NCBI GenBank assembly: GCA_965221035.1
Contig: OZ244860.1
Span: 1,468,614-1,532,613, forward strand
Length of the DNA stretch: 64,000 bases
Source of the DNA: Candidatus Rariloculaceae bacterium
GTDB taxonomy: Bacteria > Pseudomonadota > Gammaproteobacteria > Steroidobacterales > Rariloculaceae
Reading direction: 5' to 3'
Of this stretch, positions 27,696-37,741 are shown piece by piece. The notes below the pieces were generated by a model. The model did not search any database and was not told the origin of the DNA. It worked only from the letters and a program-made list of their open reading frames with translations. A program made the translations under genes and the position numbers. Each line of letters begins with the position of its first letter. Positions within the stretch are counted from its first letter, which is position 1.

Positions 27696-29990
27696 CTAGA
27701 ATCGCCAACGCAGCGTCGCCCGGGCGAGCCTGGGCACGCCGGGAGACACATTGGTGGCCATGGTCCGGGACCCGGCGAAGTAAAAGTAATACTGTTCGTC
27801 CAGCAGGTTCGTGACCGAAACGTCCAGGGAGACCTGCTCGCGTCCCGGAAACAGCAGTGAAGCATAGGCGCCAAGCAAGTCATGGCTTCCTGCCGTGACG
27901 CTATTGGAAAGATCGACGAAGTAATCGTCATACCATTCGTAGGTCATGCCGACACGCAACCCGGCGTTGAACTGGTGAGACAGGTCCAGGTGCAACATGT
28001 GCTGTGGAACACCCTGCGGGGCGGTGCCGGAGAAGTCCTGATCGGGCGCGCCGAAGGAACCGGCAATGATCAACTCGTCCCAGATCGGATCGACATAGCT
28101 GTAGGAGACCGTGGCGCCGGTCCGTTGTGACGGTCGTAGCCTGAGCGCGGCTTCAAGTCCCTGGCTGGAATACAGCTGGCCCGTCGTCGCGAGGGTCGGC
28201 GGTCCATCCGCGTCCGGGTTGGAGACGTAGATCCGCCTGTCCTGCTGTTCCAGGCGGAAAAGAGTGGTTTCCCACTCCAGGCGTCCTTCCGCAGCGGTCC
28301 CCTTCCACCCGACTTCGTAGCTGTCGATTGTCGTCGGCTTTTCATCCCGGGCATAGCGGTCCGGTTCCCACACGAACACGGCACCGAAGTTCGAGTTGAA
28401 ACCGCGACCGTAACTCGCGTACAGGATGCCCGATCCGTAATCATAGGTGAGCGACGCCTTTGGGGAGAAGGCATCCGCGTTTCCGTCGACGTACTGATCA
28501 ACAGGGACCGTGCCCACCATTGAAAAATCGATCTCCCGGTCGAAGGCGTCGTAGCGGACGCCGAGCGTTGCGGTCAGGCGATCCGTCAAGCGGATTTCAT
28601 CGTGTACGAACCCGCCCCAAAACGTGTTCGCGGTATCCGCAACGGTTCTGAGTTGATCGCGCACGAAGCAGGCGTTGTCCGGATCGTCGTTGATTACATT
28701 GCCGGTGGAATAGTCGATAAGAATCCCATAGAAGCGGAAACCGCATTCCCCGGAGAAGAAAGGATCGACCTCACCGGACCACCAATCGCTTTCGTCGAGC
28801 GTGGCGCGCTCCCCGCTGACCCCGGCGACGAGCGTATGCCGCCCCGACTGCCAGTTCACCGCCACTTCGCCAAAAGACAGTTCGACCTGGTTCCTGCTCG
28901 CGAAACCGTTCACGCCCATGATGGAGTTGGCGGGGTCGAACTCGAAGAAATCGTAGAAGTTCAGGCGCACATCGGAGTCGAACGAGCGTCTCTGCCCGGC
29001 GACCGAAAAACCGAGGGAGTCCGATATCCTGTGATCATAGCGACCGGTGGCGATCAGGCCTTCGCTGCGATTACGCGTCGGCAGGTATCCGAAGAAGGCC
29101 TCATCCCCGCCGCGAACGTCGACGATGGTTCCGTCACCAAGGGTTGGAATGACGCTGGGTACCTGGGACTCGCGATCATATCGGGTGATCCAACCGGTCA
29201 GTTCGCCTCGCTCGCCGACCGGAAAATTTCCCTTGGCGAAGACATTCGACATCTGCCGGCGGCTGTTTTCGCGCCAGCCTCCGAAATCCTCGTACGCCGC
29301 GCTCACCAGCCAGCCCGCGCCGTTCTGGAAGCCGCGCTGAAGTGATCCGGACGCCCGCTGGAATTCCTCGGTTCCCGCGCTCAGCCTCAATTCGTTGGAG
29401 TCCCCCGAAATTTCGCGGGTACGGTAATTGAGCGCGCCCGCAATGGCACCGCGACCATAAAGGGCGGATACCGGGCCCCGCACGATCTCCACCGTGTCGA
29501 CCACCGGGTATGGCACTTCGTACAGCAAGACTTCCTCGTCCGGACCGATGAACGGCATGCCATCGATCAACGCCAGAAAGGTGTCGTTGCCGTGATTGCC
29601 GGTTACGCCACGAATCGTGACAAAGGGAAATTCCTCGCCGTCGCCCTCCCCCCGGCGGAAAAATACGCCAGGGACTCCGCGAAATTCGTCCGTACCGTAG
29701 TTGAAACCCTTCAATCGCAGGTCTTCGGTCTCCTGGATCGTCACCGAGGCAGGAACCTCCATCAAGGGCTTCTCGCCTCGCGTGGCAGTAACGACGATTT
29801 CTTCCAGCGACCGTTCGGACTGCGGGCCATCCTCGCCAACGGGTTGTGCCAGCAAGCCGGCAGAGCCGAGCATCAGGGCAGAAAAGGCGACAGCGCTTGT
29901 CGCGACCGGTCCCGAGACTATGGCCGCCATGGGCCGTTTTGCGATGACCGGCCAAGCCGATGCTACGATCTTGAATCTTCTCAAGGGCAT
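27696..29990 (-). CDS. TonB-dependent receptor
   Basis: TonB box EEIVVTATR; VEIVRGPVSALYG; NLLD; C-terminal F. Confidence 0.93.
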   Translation of the reverse strand: MPLRRFKIVASAWPVIAKRPMAAIVSGPVATSAVAFSALMLGSAGLLAQPVGEDGPQSERSLEEIVVTATRGEKPLMEVPASVTIQETEDLRLKGFNYGTDEFRGVPGVFFRRGEGDGEEFPFVTIRGVTGNHGNDTFLALIDGMPFIGPDEEVLLYEVPYPVVDTVEIVRGPVSALYGRGAIAGALNYRTREISGDSNELRLSAGTEEFQRASGSLQRGFQNGAGWLVSAAYEDFGGWRENSRRQMSNVFAKGNFPVGERGELTGWITRYDRESQVPSVIPTLGDGTIVDVRGGDEAFFGYLPTRNRSEGLIATGRYDHRISDSLGFSVAGQRRSFDSDVRLNFYDFFEFDPANSIMGVNGFASRNQVELSFGEVAVNWQSGRHTLVAGVSGERATLDESDWWSGEVDPFFSGECGFRFYGILIDYSTGNVINDDPDNACFVRDQLRTVADTANTFWGGFVHDEIRLTDRLTATLGVRYDAFDREIDFSMVGTVPVDQYVDGNADAFSPKASLTYDYGSGILYASYGRGFNSNFGAVFVWEPDRYARDEKPTTIDSYEVGWKGTAAEGRLEWETTLFRLEQQDRRIYVSNPDADGPPTLATTGQLYSSQGLEAALRLRPSQRTGATVSYSYVDPIWDELIIAGSFGAPDQDFSGTAPQGVPQHMLHLDLSHQFNAGLRVGMTYEWYDDYFVDLSNSVTAGSHDLLGAYASLLFPGREQVSLDVSVTNLLDEQYYFYFAGSRTMATNVSPGVPRLARATLRWRF

Positions 29991-30014
29991 TTGTGCGCCT
30001 CCAAGGCGAAAGCG

Positions 30015-30029
30015 TGTAATGATATAACA
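30015..30029. promoter_or_regulatory. Putative Zur box in the divergent promoter
   Basis: TGTAATGATATAACA matches TGTTATAnTATAACA at 12 of 14 positions. Confidence 0.72.
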
Positions 30030-30065
30030 TATGTGCGCTATTTGGCACAGTCAACGCATGCACAC

Positions 30066-32258
30066 ATGACGGGCCCCAGGCGACCGGAAAACACAGGCTT
30101 GATCGGCCTCGCATTCGGGGCATGCGCGTTCGCTGTGCCGGCACTGGCGCAGGAGATCTTCCTTCCCGCGTCCCCGCCCCTCGAGATCCTGGCCACCAGA
30201 ACAACCACGCCAATTCGCGTGGACGGGCACCTTGATGAACCCTCCTGGGACCTGGCCGAAGTCGTCACGGGATTTACGCAAAGCGACCCCGAACAGGGGC
30301 AACCGGCAACGAATCGGACGTACGTGCGAATATTGTTCGACGAGCAGATGCTGTACATCGCGGCGATCTGCGAGCAATCTCGCGACAGCGTGCGGGTGCA
30401 GAATCTGCAACGCGATTTCACCGCGGACGAAAATGACGTGTTCACCGTCGCGATCGACGGATTCGTCGACCAGAGAAAGGCGGTCGTCTTCCAGGTGAGC
30501 CCTTTCGGCAACCAATCCGACATGGAGGTCACCGATGGCGAGGACTTGAACACGGACTGGGACGCGAGATGGAACGCGCGAACGACGCTTCAGGATGACG
30601 GATGGATCGCCGAGATGGCGATACCCTGGCGCAATCTTCGCTATCGTACCGGCGCCGATGAACTGGGCATCATTCTGTCGCGGCAAGTCCGCAGCCTCAA
30701 TGAAACCGTCAGCCTTCCCCCTGTGCCGCGAGTCCTGTCCGTTTACAGGATGTCCTACGAAGCGATACTGCGGGGGATAGAACCGCCCCCGCCCGGACGA
30801 AACCTGCAGATCACCCCCTACGTACTCGGTCAGGCGGTCTCCGGAACGACCGGCTTCCGCCCCGACAGAGACGCCGAAATCGGCGGTGAGATCAAATGGG
30901 CCGTGACACCGGGCACGGTGATCGACTTCACGGTCAATACGGACTTCGCCCAGGCGGATGTCGATCGGCAGTTCATCAATCTTGACCGCTTCAGCGTGTT
31001 TCTTCCGGAACGCCGCCAGTTCTTTCTCGAAAGCGCCGGCACTTTCGACGCGAGCATCACGAGCTGGATTCGGCCGTTCTTTTCCCGCCGCATCGGACTT
31101 GATGACACTGGGCTTCCCATACCCATCACCGCAGGGATTCGTAAGACCGGGCGCACGACCACCCAGGAATTCGGCATGATCGCCATGCGGCAGGAAGCGA
31201 TTCGGGGACTGCCCGCAAGCGACTTCGGCGTGGCCCGCTACTCGAAAAACCTCGGGGAGCAGAGCCGCTTTGGCGGCATGGTGACGCACCGTACGGACGG
31301 GGCTTCGGCGGCCCTGCCGTTCGACAGGATCAACCGCACGTATACGGTGGATGGACTGTGGCGTCCGACACCGTCAACCGGCGTGCAGGGGATGGTTTCC
31401 CGGTCGACGGACAGCCTCTCCGGCGACGGAACCGGGGCGCAACTCTGGGCCTACTATGAAAACAACTCCGTCTACGTCGGGTTGCTCGAGTATTTCAACA
31501 GGGAATACAACCCTGGCATTGGTCTGGAGTTGCTGGACGCCAATTACATCATGCATAGCCCGGCTGTCCTGTGGGATCTGCGGGGCGACTGGTTGCCCGA
31601 ACGAATCAGGAGTTTCAAACCGTCGATCAGCGTCTATTCGTTCTCCAGCTCCGACGAAGACGAACTGGATTTCGGCTATGCGGTGATCGAGCCCCTGCGT
31701 TTCGAGTTTCACAGCGGTGCCGCGGTCGGAATTGCAGTGGAACCCAACTGGCAGTTGATCACCGACCATTTCGCCCCCGCCGGCATCCGGATAGAAGCCG
31801 GTGAATACGACTACTCGCGCTACCGGTTGAACGCCAACTCGGACCGATCGCGTGTTTTTTCCGGTGAAGTCTCGTATGAAACAGGCGGGTACTATGACGG
31901 CAGCCTGTCAGGGTACTCCGTCAGCGGTCGGTACGCGCCAAGCCCCCGGTTCGAACTGACGGCCAATTTCGAGGTCAATCGTCTCACCGACCTCGGTCCG
32001 ATGGACCAAGCCCGCACCACCCGACTGGTCGGCATCGGCTCGCGATTCGCGCTTAACCCCCGTCTTCAGTTGTCCGGATTTTTCCAGCACAACTCCCTGA
32101 TGTCCGAGGACATTCTCAACGCCCGACTGTCCTGGGAGTTTCGCCCGCTGTCCTATCTTTACGTGGTGTATAACGGATCGGCCAACGATAACGACATCCT
32201 TCCCGACCACTCGCAGCAGCAGTTGCTGATCAAGTTCACCTACTTGCTTGAGCTCTGA
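30066..32258 (+). CDS. CBM9-like + DUF5916 outer-membrane protein
   Basis: I.VDG.LDE..W, GW.AEMAIPW..LRY, TVNTDFAQADVD, PERRQFFLE and FFSRRIG motifs; ends KFTYL. Confidence 0.85.
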   Translation: MTGPRRPENTGLIGLAFGACAFAVPALAQEIFLPASPPLEILATRTTTPIRVDGHLDEPSWDLAEVVTGFTQSDPEQGQPATNRTYVRILFDEQMLYIAAICEQSRDSVRVQNLQRDFTADENDVFTVAIDGFVDQRKAVVFQVSPFGNQSDMEVTDGEDLNTDWDARWNARTTLQDDGWIAEMAIPWRNLRYRTGADELGIILSRQVRSLNETVSLPPVPRVLSVYRMSYEAILRGIEPPPPGRNLQITPYVLGQAVSGTTGFRPDRDAEIGGEIKWAVTPGTVIDFTVNTDFAQADVDRQFINLDRFSVFLPERRQFFLESAGTFDASITSWIRPFFSRRIGLDDTGLPIPITAGIRKTGRTTTQEFGMIAMRQEAIRGLPASDFGVARYSKNLGEQSRFGGMVTHRTDGASAALPFDRINRTYTVDGLWRPTPSTGVQGMVSRSTDSLSGDGTGAQLWAYYENNSVYVGLLEYFNREYNPGIGLELLDANYIMHSPAVLWDLRGDWLPERIRSFKPSISVYSFSSSDEDELDFGYAVIEPLRFEFHSGAAVGIAVEPNWQLITDHFAPAGIRIEAGEYDYSRYRLNANSDRSRVFSGEVSYETGGYYDGSLSGYSVSGRYAPSPRFELTANFEVNRLTDLGPMDQARTTRLVGIGSRFALNPRLQLSGFFQHNSLMSEDILNARLSWEFRPLSYLYVVYNGSANDNDILPDHSQQQLLIKFTYLLEL

Positions 32259-32364
32259 GGGACGGGCGGGGCGATCCTGGCGTCCCTGCGGACATCGTCT
32301 TTGGTGAATCGCAAGTCGAATGGTTCGCCGGCCAATCGGTGGTGGGGGTCCCGGTCTTGCTACG

Positions 32365-32856
32365 CTATCCGTCCGTGCACGAAGGGCATAACCCCCGAAC
32401 TTCGACGGTCTTGCGTTCAGGTTCGAAACCCAGTCGCGCCGCGTCCCGACCCAGGGTGAGGTCGATGCCGGGATCGTGAATTTCCGCTGCCGTCTCGCAC
32501 TTTCGGCAAATCAGAAACTGGCCTGTGTGTTCGGTCTCCGGGTCCGCGCAACCCATGTACGCATTGATGCTGTCAAGGCGATGAATGAGCCCGGCGTCCA
32601 ACAGGAAATCAAGCGCCCGGTACACCGTATTGGGCGTCGTGCTGCCATCGGCCTCGTCCATCAGACGCAAGATCTCGTACGCGCGGATTGGCCCATGCCT
32701 CGTCCAGACGAGCTCCAGAAAGCGCCTGCGCAGCTTGGTGAAGCGCATGCCTTGCCTGGCGCAAACGGATTCCGCCTGGTCGAGCGCGTCCCGCACGCAA
32801 CGGCGATGATCGTGCCGGGAAGATTGAAAATTGCTGATGACGTGAGGTGAAACCAT
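32365..32856 (-). CDS. zur: Zinc uptake regulator Zur (Fur family)
   Basis: HDH..C, AYEIL, TVYRALDFL, HRL.S.NAY.GC, FLICxxC and E..GLCxxC motifs. Confidence 0.88.
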   Translation of the reverse strand: MVSPHVISNFQSSRHDHRRCVRDALDQAESVCARQGMRFTKLRRRFLELVWTRHGPIRAYEILRLMDEADGSTTPNTVYRALDFLLDAGLIHRLDSINAYMGCADPETEHTGQFLICRKCETAAEIHDPGIDLTLGRDAARLGFEPERKTVEVRGLCPSCTDG

Positions 32857-32860
32857 GTCC

Positions 32861-32919
32861 TTGACGTTAATGCGTAGCTGACAGCGGTCAATTTAATTGC
32901 CGATTGGCGTTAACGTCAA
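32861..32919. repeat. Inverted repeat in the zur leader
   Basis: TTGACGTTAATGC (32861-73) and GCGTTAACGTCAA (32907-19) are complementary at 12 of 13 positions. Confidence 0.6.
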
Positions 32920-33052
32920 TGGTGTTGGCTATGGCAATCGCAGCAAGATTCGAAATTGTCCGTCCGTATCAACTGTGCTGATTAACCGGATCGCTTATGA
33001 CGCGATCAGACGTTGACCGGCAGGAGCCTCCGGTTCCATGGGGTCGGGCCCA

Positions 33053-33370
33053 TCAGCGCGATGGACGTTCTCCGCCCCAAGGGGTGACGCTCTCGGCGAT
33101 GGAAGAACCAGCCTCAATTTCCGCACGGCGCAGTTCCCATGTCTTCTGCAGGTTCAACCAAAGCTGCGGCGTCGTCCCGAAATACCTCGCCAGCCGCAGC
33201 GCCGTGTCGGCGCTCACGCCCCGTTGTCCGTTGAGGATCATCGTGACCCGGTTCACCGGCACCCCCAATTCCCGCGAAAACGCGTTGGCCGAAAGGCTGA
33301 TCGCATCGAGTTCCCCACGGAGGATCTCGCCGGGATGGACCGGCCTCATACCGTTTCGCACGTACTCCAT
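33053..33370 (-). CDS. higA: HigA family antitoxin
   Basis: PVHPGEIL and SADTALRLARYFGTTPQLWLNLQ motifs. Confidence 0.95.
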   Translation of the reverse strand: MEYVRNGMRPVHPGEILRGELDAISLSANAFSRELGVPVNRVTMILNGQRGVSADTALRLARYFGTTPQLWLNLQKTWELRRAEIEAGSSIAESVTPWGGERPSR

Positions 33371-33415
33371 ACCTATCTCCCTTAACCTGACTCCCTTGGC
33401 AGACCTTGATCTCCG

Positions 33416-33694
33416 TCAATGGTAGTCCACGATCTCTACATCGCACGGACCGTCGTCGGTCCAACGGAAGCAGATTCGCCATTGCGTATTGATCCGGATG
33501 CTATGGTAGCCAGCTCTATCACCGCGTAGTGTCTCCAAGCGGTTGCTCGGTAGCGCGGCCAAGTCGCGGAGCGCTTCCGCATTGTCGAGCAGCGTCAATC
33601 GGCGCGTTGCCTGATCGGAGAACGCCTGAAACGACGCCACCCGCTGTCCTTCGAAGAACCGATGCGTATCCCGGTCTTTGAAACTGCGAATCAT
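33416..33694 (-). CDS. higB: HigB (RelE/ParE family) toxin
   Basis: MIRSFKD, NRLE.LRGDRAG.HSIRIN.QWRICFRW and EIVDYH motifs; toxin lies upstream of the antitoxin. Confidence 0.95.
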   Translation of the reverse strand: MIRSFKDRDTHRFFEGQRVASFQAFSDQATRRLTLLDNAEALRDLAALPSNRLETLRGDRAGYHSIRINTQWRICFRWTDDGPCDVEIVDYH

Positions 33695-33715
33695 GCTCAC
33701 CGAGCATACCCTGTA

Positions 33716-33730
33716 TTACGCCTTACGTAA
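33716..33730. promoter_or_regulatory. Putative higBA operator palindrome
   Basis: TTACG-CCTTA-CGTAA just upstream of higB. Confidence 0.5.
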
Positions 33731-34244
33731 ATAGGTATATTGGGTTCGGCATTTTTGGTCTTAGGGTATCAGTTGTCCTACATGGCGTCGTAGCCATTGA
33801 ACTGGGGCCGGCGCGTTGGCGTGACTCTCATGCGGAACGATGAGTTCTGCGCAGGGGTCTCTGAACACGGCAACGAATGCGCTTAAGCTATCGACCGAGA
33901 AATCAAAGGGAACGGGTTTCTCCCAAGATGTCGAGCAGGACACGTTTGGCGTAGCCGGCGTTGGTGCGAGAGTAGGCGGGTCGCCATGAACTTGGACCCG
34001 AAGAAGGCGGGCGAAAATCCTTAAGCGACTTGCCGACCACAGTTTTGGTCGTGATTAAACCCCATCGGACGAGTTCCTTCTCCAATCCCTGACACCATGC
34101 CCGAAACATCAAAGATCATAGACAGCAATGAGTCATTAATTCTCTTCAACGAAAAAATAGACGTGATCTTGGATCGCAACATTTCTTTCAGTACCCATTC
34201 CATGGCATAGTAGTAGACGCAACTACTTTTCCATTTATTCCCAC

Positions 34245-36338
34245 CTACTCTACCATGTAATTTCTTGCTTTTTCAATCAGAGCCGACGCCTCTTCAGACG
34301 AACTCACCCGATTAAGTATCCATGAGCGCAGTGAATCAAAGTCAGCTACTAGACTCTTCAAGCGCTCCTTCAGCAAATCTTCAGAACCATAGATTGTGGT
34401 GAGGTTATTCCAATTGATTCCTACATGCCGAGTCGAGCCAGGCCTATCGTCGCTCTCGAAAAAGTGTCCATTAATCTGGTAATCCTGCAAAAGAGCAAAC
34501 ATCAATTTCGTTGAATCTGGAATAGTATATTTTTTGTGATCCACAATTGATAAGTATTGCACAAACGATATGATCTTTGCTGGATACCTTTCGTTCGCAA
34601 GCTTGTCGGGTTCAGCAGCTTCTATCTCCGAACGCAAAGTGGTCTCTAGTTTTTTTATAACGTCCTTGGAAACAAGTTGCTTCCCAATGTTTTCTCGGAA
34701 TCCAACGCGTTCCACCAATATAACTCTCGCAGTCAGCGTATGTAGTTTCCGCAGGATTTCTACTACAGTTCGGTTTCGGTTTTCTTCAATAGTTTCTAAT
34801 AGAGTTACAACAAGTGCTCCAATTATATGTTCCGATTCGTTCGACAGCGTGGCCTGTCGTCCCTCTATGGTAGGAAGGGTATTCAGAAGAACGACGATTC
34901 CCGGCTCTGCGTGCGCCGACTCAAATTTATTCTTATATTGCCGAAGATTCTTGATCACATTCAGTAGTCTTACCTGATCGAGTCCGTCAAAAAACCTTTG
35001 AAGGGACTCCTCATTGTCCATTCGATAGTACGCTTTTTGTGCATCGTATTCATCTAGCAAATCGGGGTCTGCGACCCGCTCAAGGTACCGCCGTAGCACG
35101 AGCACATGCCCAACTCGGCGCTCCTCAACCATCTTATGAGGTTCCACTTCCAAAACGGGGGGATGATCCCAATGCAAGGCGGCTTTAGGAAACAAACGCA
35201 GTATGACCGCTTCTACAATCCCTTGGTAAGGTTTCCCACATTGAATCATTGCATCTATTGGCGTATAGCCAAACTCGTCTTCTTTCTGGGATCGATCTTC
35301 TGTAGAATTAAACCCATCTTCAAACTCCTTTTCCAATTGCCCGATTCCTGGAGACACTGTGAGTTCATCAATCGCAGCCAGCATCGATTGGAATACGTCA
35401 GGCATGAAAAGACGAACAGCCTCAAGTGCGAGAACGTCTACACACGCGACGGCTCCATCTAGGCTGGTGACAGTGCTGTCAATCGCAACGCAGTATCGAC
35501 GGAGGTCTCGAAGGTTTCTGATCAAAGGCTGTATAATTGCGCTGAATGTTCCGAGCCATTCGTTTTCTTGGAACAGCCCCGGGTTTTCGATGCCATCAAG
35601 AGTGTGTCGGATCGATTCAAGGGTTTGATCTTTCAACAATCGCCGAGGTATTTCCGGCAAATCGAACGAAAATTGAATAATTTTTTCAAGATAGTCTTGA
35701 CCGACTATGCCATCACAGGCAAGCGCCTGCACAATGAATTTTCGATCACAAGCTAAAATATAAATTAGATTAGGAAAACTGGCGGTCAGTCGCACAAGCT
35801 TGAACATGTCTCGTGCCTCAGACGCCGACAACCGATCAACATCGTCGACCACTACAATAACCGGAGCCCTTTGTTGCTTCAAAATTTGGCCAATCTTGTT
35901 TCGCTGATCAACGAGCCCTCTAGAACGCGATCCAAGGCAAATTCCTGCGACTCGAATAGCGCCCCCCGCTCGCCCCCCTAAAGCCTCACCGATTTCGTCA
36001 AATCGTATAGCTAATTCCTTGAGATCGCAATTTTCAAATTGAGCGGCAATATCGGCAAAGAACGTTTCTACCAACTGGTCGGTGCCGCTGAAATGCCAAG
36101 GGTTGAATTCCAATACAGTCGCATTAGTTTCTTTGAATGTACTTTTGGCTAAGTTGATGAAGGACGTCTTGCCTGATCCCCACGGGCCGAAAATACCAAC
36201 AACAAGACCGTGATCCGCTGGTAGCGCCAAGACGTGCCTAGCAAACGTCGCAGCCAAGTTTGCTCTTTCCAACGTGTCCTGCTGATTCTTGTGAATCGGA
36301 TGGTCAACTATGAACTTCTTTCTTAGTTCAGTGCTCAT
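34245..36338 (-). CDS. KAP family P-loop NTPase
   Basis: D.L.R, GPWGSGKT, FNPW.F, VDDVDRL, YLEKIIQ and N.R.LRR motifs; visibly lower GC than the flanks. Confidence 0.92.
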   Translation of the reverse strand: MSTELRKKFIVDHPIHKNQQDTLERANLAATFARHVLALPADHGLVVGIFGPWGSGKTSFINLAKSTFKETNATVLEFNPWHFSGTDQLVETFFADIAAQFENCDLKELAIRFDEIGEALGGRAGGAIRVAGICLGSRSRGLVDQRNKIGQILKQQRAPVIVVVDDVDRLSASEARDMFKLVRLTASFPNLIYILACDRKFIVQALACDGIVGQDYLEKIIQFSFDLPEIPRRLLKDQTLESIRHTLDGIENPGLFQENEWLGTFSAIIQPLIRNLRDLRRYCVAIDSTVTSLDGAVACVDVLALEAVRLFMPDVFQSMLAAIDELTVSPGIGQLEKEFEDGFNSTEDRSQKEDEFGYTPIDAMIQCGKPYQGIVEAVILRLFPKAALHWDHPPVLEVEPHKMVEERRVGHVLVLRRYLERVADPDLLDEYDAQKAYYRMDNEESLQRFFDGLDQVRLLNVIKNLRQYKNKFESAHAEPGIVVLLNTLPTIEGRQATLSNESEHIIGALVVTLLETIEENRNRTVVEILRKLHTLTARVILVERVGFRENIGKQLVSKDVIKKLETTLRSEIEAAEPDKLANERYPAKIISFVQYLSIVDHKKYTIPDSTKLMFALLQDYQINGHFFESDDRPGSTRHVGINWNNLTTIYGSEDLLKERLKSLVADFDSLRSWILNRVSSSEEASALIEKARNYMVE

Positions 36339-36369
36339 GGTTTTGAATTTACCCGCAATCCGTCCACAA

Positions 36370-37542
36370 TCAATCCACCGGATATAGTCGCGGAAACCAA
36401 CGCTCGACTACGTCGAGTGGAAAACCAAGGCGCACCGGCGCTCTGGGCCCTTGCGACACCAGCAAGCCCTTCTTGAGCAGTGTCGAGAGTATTTCACGTG
36501 CCCGTCGCTCTTGGAAACCCGTGATTTTCGGTGCCCGACCTCGCGCGACCTCGCCAACCAACAGTGCCTCGCGAAGCAAGGACATGGAACGCGGCGGAAG
36601 CCGGCCGGCCGCTTGTTCGTCATCCACGTACAAGTTCATACGGCGCAATAGCTCGCCCGGTTGCAGCAGCGACCCCATGAACTTGACTTGATCGATGCAT
36701 ACGCGCAGGAAGAACGCGCAAAATTCTTCGAGTTGCTTGGCGGACAGCGGGCCCCTGCCGTCCAGATCACCCTGCCTGGGTGCGTCGGCGTTGGCAAGTC
36801 TGGCTTTGTATTCGGCCGAATTCCGCGCAAGCCCCCGGGCGACGGACCAGATGCTGCCGCCCACTCCGCAACGCAGCAGAAGGGCGTGGGCCATAAGCCG
36901 CGCCACGCGTCCGTTGCCATCGTAGAATGGATGTATCCACAAGAAGCGATGGTGTGCGGCAGCGATGGCGATGATGGCTTGCGGCATGGACAGCCGCTTA
37001 TTGTCGTATACGGCCTGGTATCTATCGAGAAAACGCGGCATGTCACCCGCCGGCGGCGCCACGTGCGCCCCCACCTGCACACCTCCGTCACGAAATGCAC
37101 CTGGCACGACCTGTACCCGCGCACCGGACTTTGGGTTCTCGAGCCACAGCAGTTCATCCGGCAACCGTCTACAGAACTCTTCGTGGACCCACTTGGCGTA
37201 AGTCGCTGAATAGGGAGACACCTCGGGGGCCTCCCCATAATCGATCAAGCGCTGAACCTCGATATGCGCTCGGGCTTCGAGTTGCAGCACGCGCCTTTTC
37301 GGGTCCGAGGAATAGTCATCCGCCAATGCTGCGTCGATGTCGCGTGGGTGGGTGTTGTGGCCTTCGATGAGATTCGAGTAGTAGCAATTCATCGAGCGCA
37401 CCAAGTCGCCGATGCTCGCACGAACGGACTCTTGAATCTGCCCCGACAGGCGGCTGGCGCTCGCGACGAGTTCCACGGCGAGATCTGTCAACGCCGCGTG
37501 CCCGTCACGGGGAAACAGGGGTTCCATGGCGGATGGGATCAT
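36370..37542 (-). CDS. Class II Fic family protein with C-terminal wHTH
   Basis: Catalytic HPFYDGNGRVAR; inhibitory SNLIEG; alternative start at ATG 37527. Confidence 0.93.
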   Translation of the reverse strand: MIPSAMEPLFPRDGHAALTDLAVELVASASRLSGQIQESVRASIGDLVRSMNCYYSNLIEGHNTHPRDIDAALADDYSSDPKRRVLQLEARAHIEVQRLIDYGEAPEVSPYSATYAKWVHEEFCRRLPDELLWLENPKSGARVQVVPGAFRDGGVQVGAHVAPPAGDMPRFLDRYQAVYDNKRLSMPQAIIAIAAAHHRFLWIHPFYDGNGRVARLMAHALLLRCGVGGSIWSVARGLARNSAEYKARLANADAPRQGDLDGRGPLSAKQLEEFCAFFLRVCIDQVKFMGSLLQPGELLRRMNLYVDDEQAAGRLPPRSMSLLREALLVGEVARGRAPKITGFQERRAREILSTLLKKGLLVSQGPRAPVRLGFPLDVVERWFPRLYPVD

Positions 37543-37655
37543 AATGCCGTTAATAATGCCGGATGTACTGCCGGATTACAACTTATATAAATCAGTCAAT
37601 TAGATCAATTATTAACCCCTTTTTCAAACTGTTAACGCCGCTATTTATGCCGGAT
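37541..37655. promoter_or_regulatory. 12-bp-period (T/C)GCCG repeats with an IHF-like site upstream of fic
   Basis: Units ataatgccgtta/ataatgccggat/gtactgccggat, then ttaacgccgcta/tttatgccggat; AATCAGTCAATTA (37590-602) fits WATCARNNNNTTR. Confidence 0.6.
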
Positions 37656-37741
37656 TGAAAACTAGACAAATATACAGTGAAACAGCGGGGGCGGTGCCAT
37701 GCGCGCATTAAACGACCCCTGACTGGACGCATTTCCGCTCA

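Noticed and set aside
33761..34203. Three short staggered minus-strand ORFs downstream of the KAP gene
   Set aside because: Possibly a frameshifted relic, but I cannot assign a family; needs blastx.
34245..36338. Qat system (qatABCD)
   Set aside because: No QueC-like or TatD-like genes follow the KAP NTPase.
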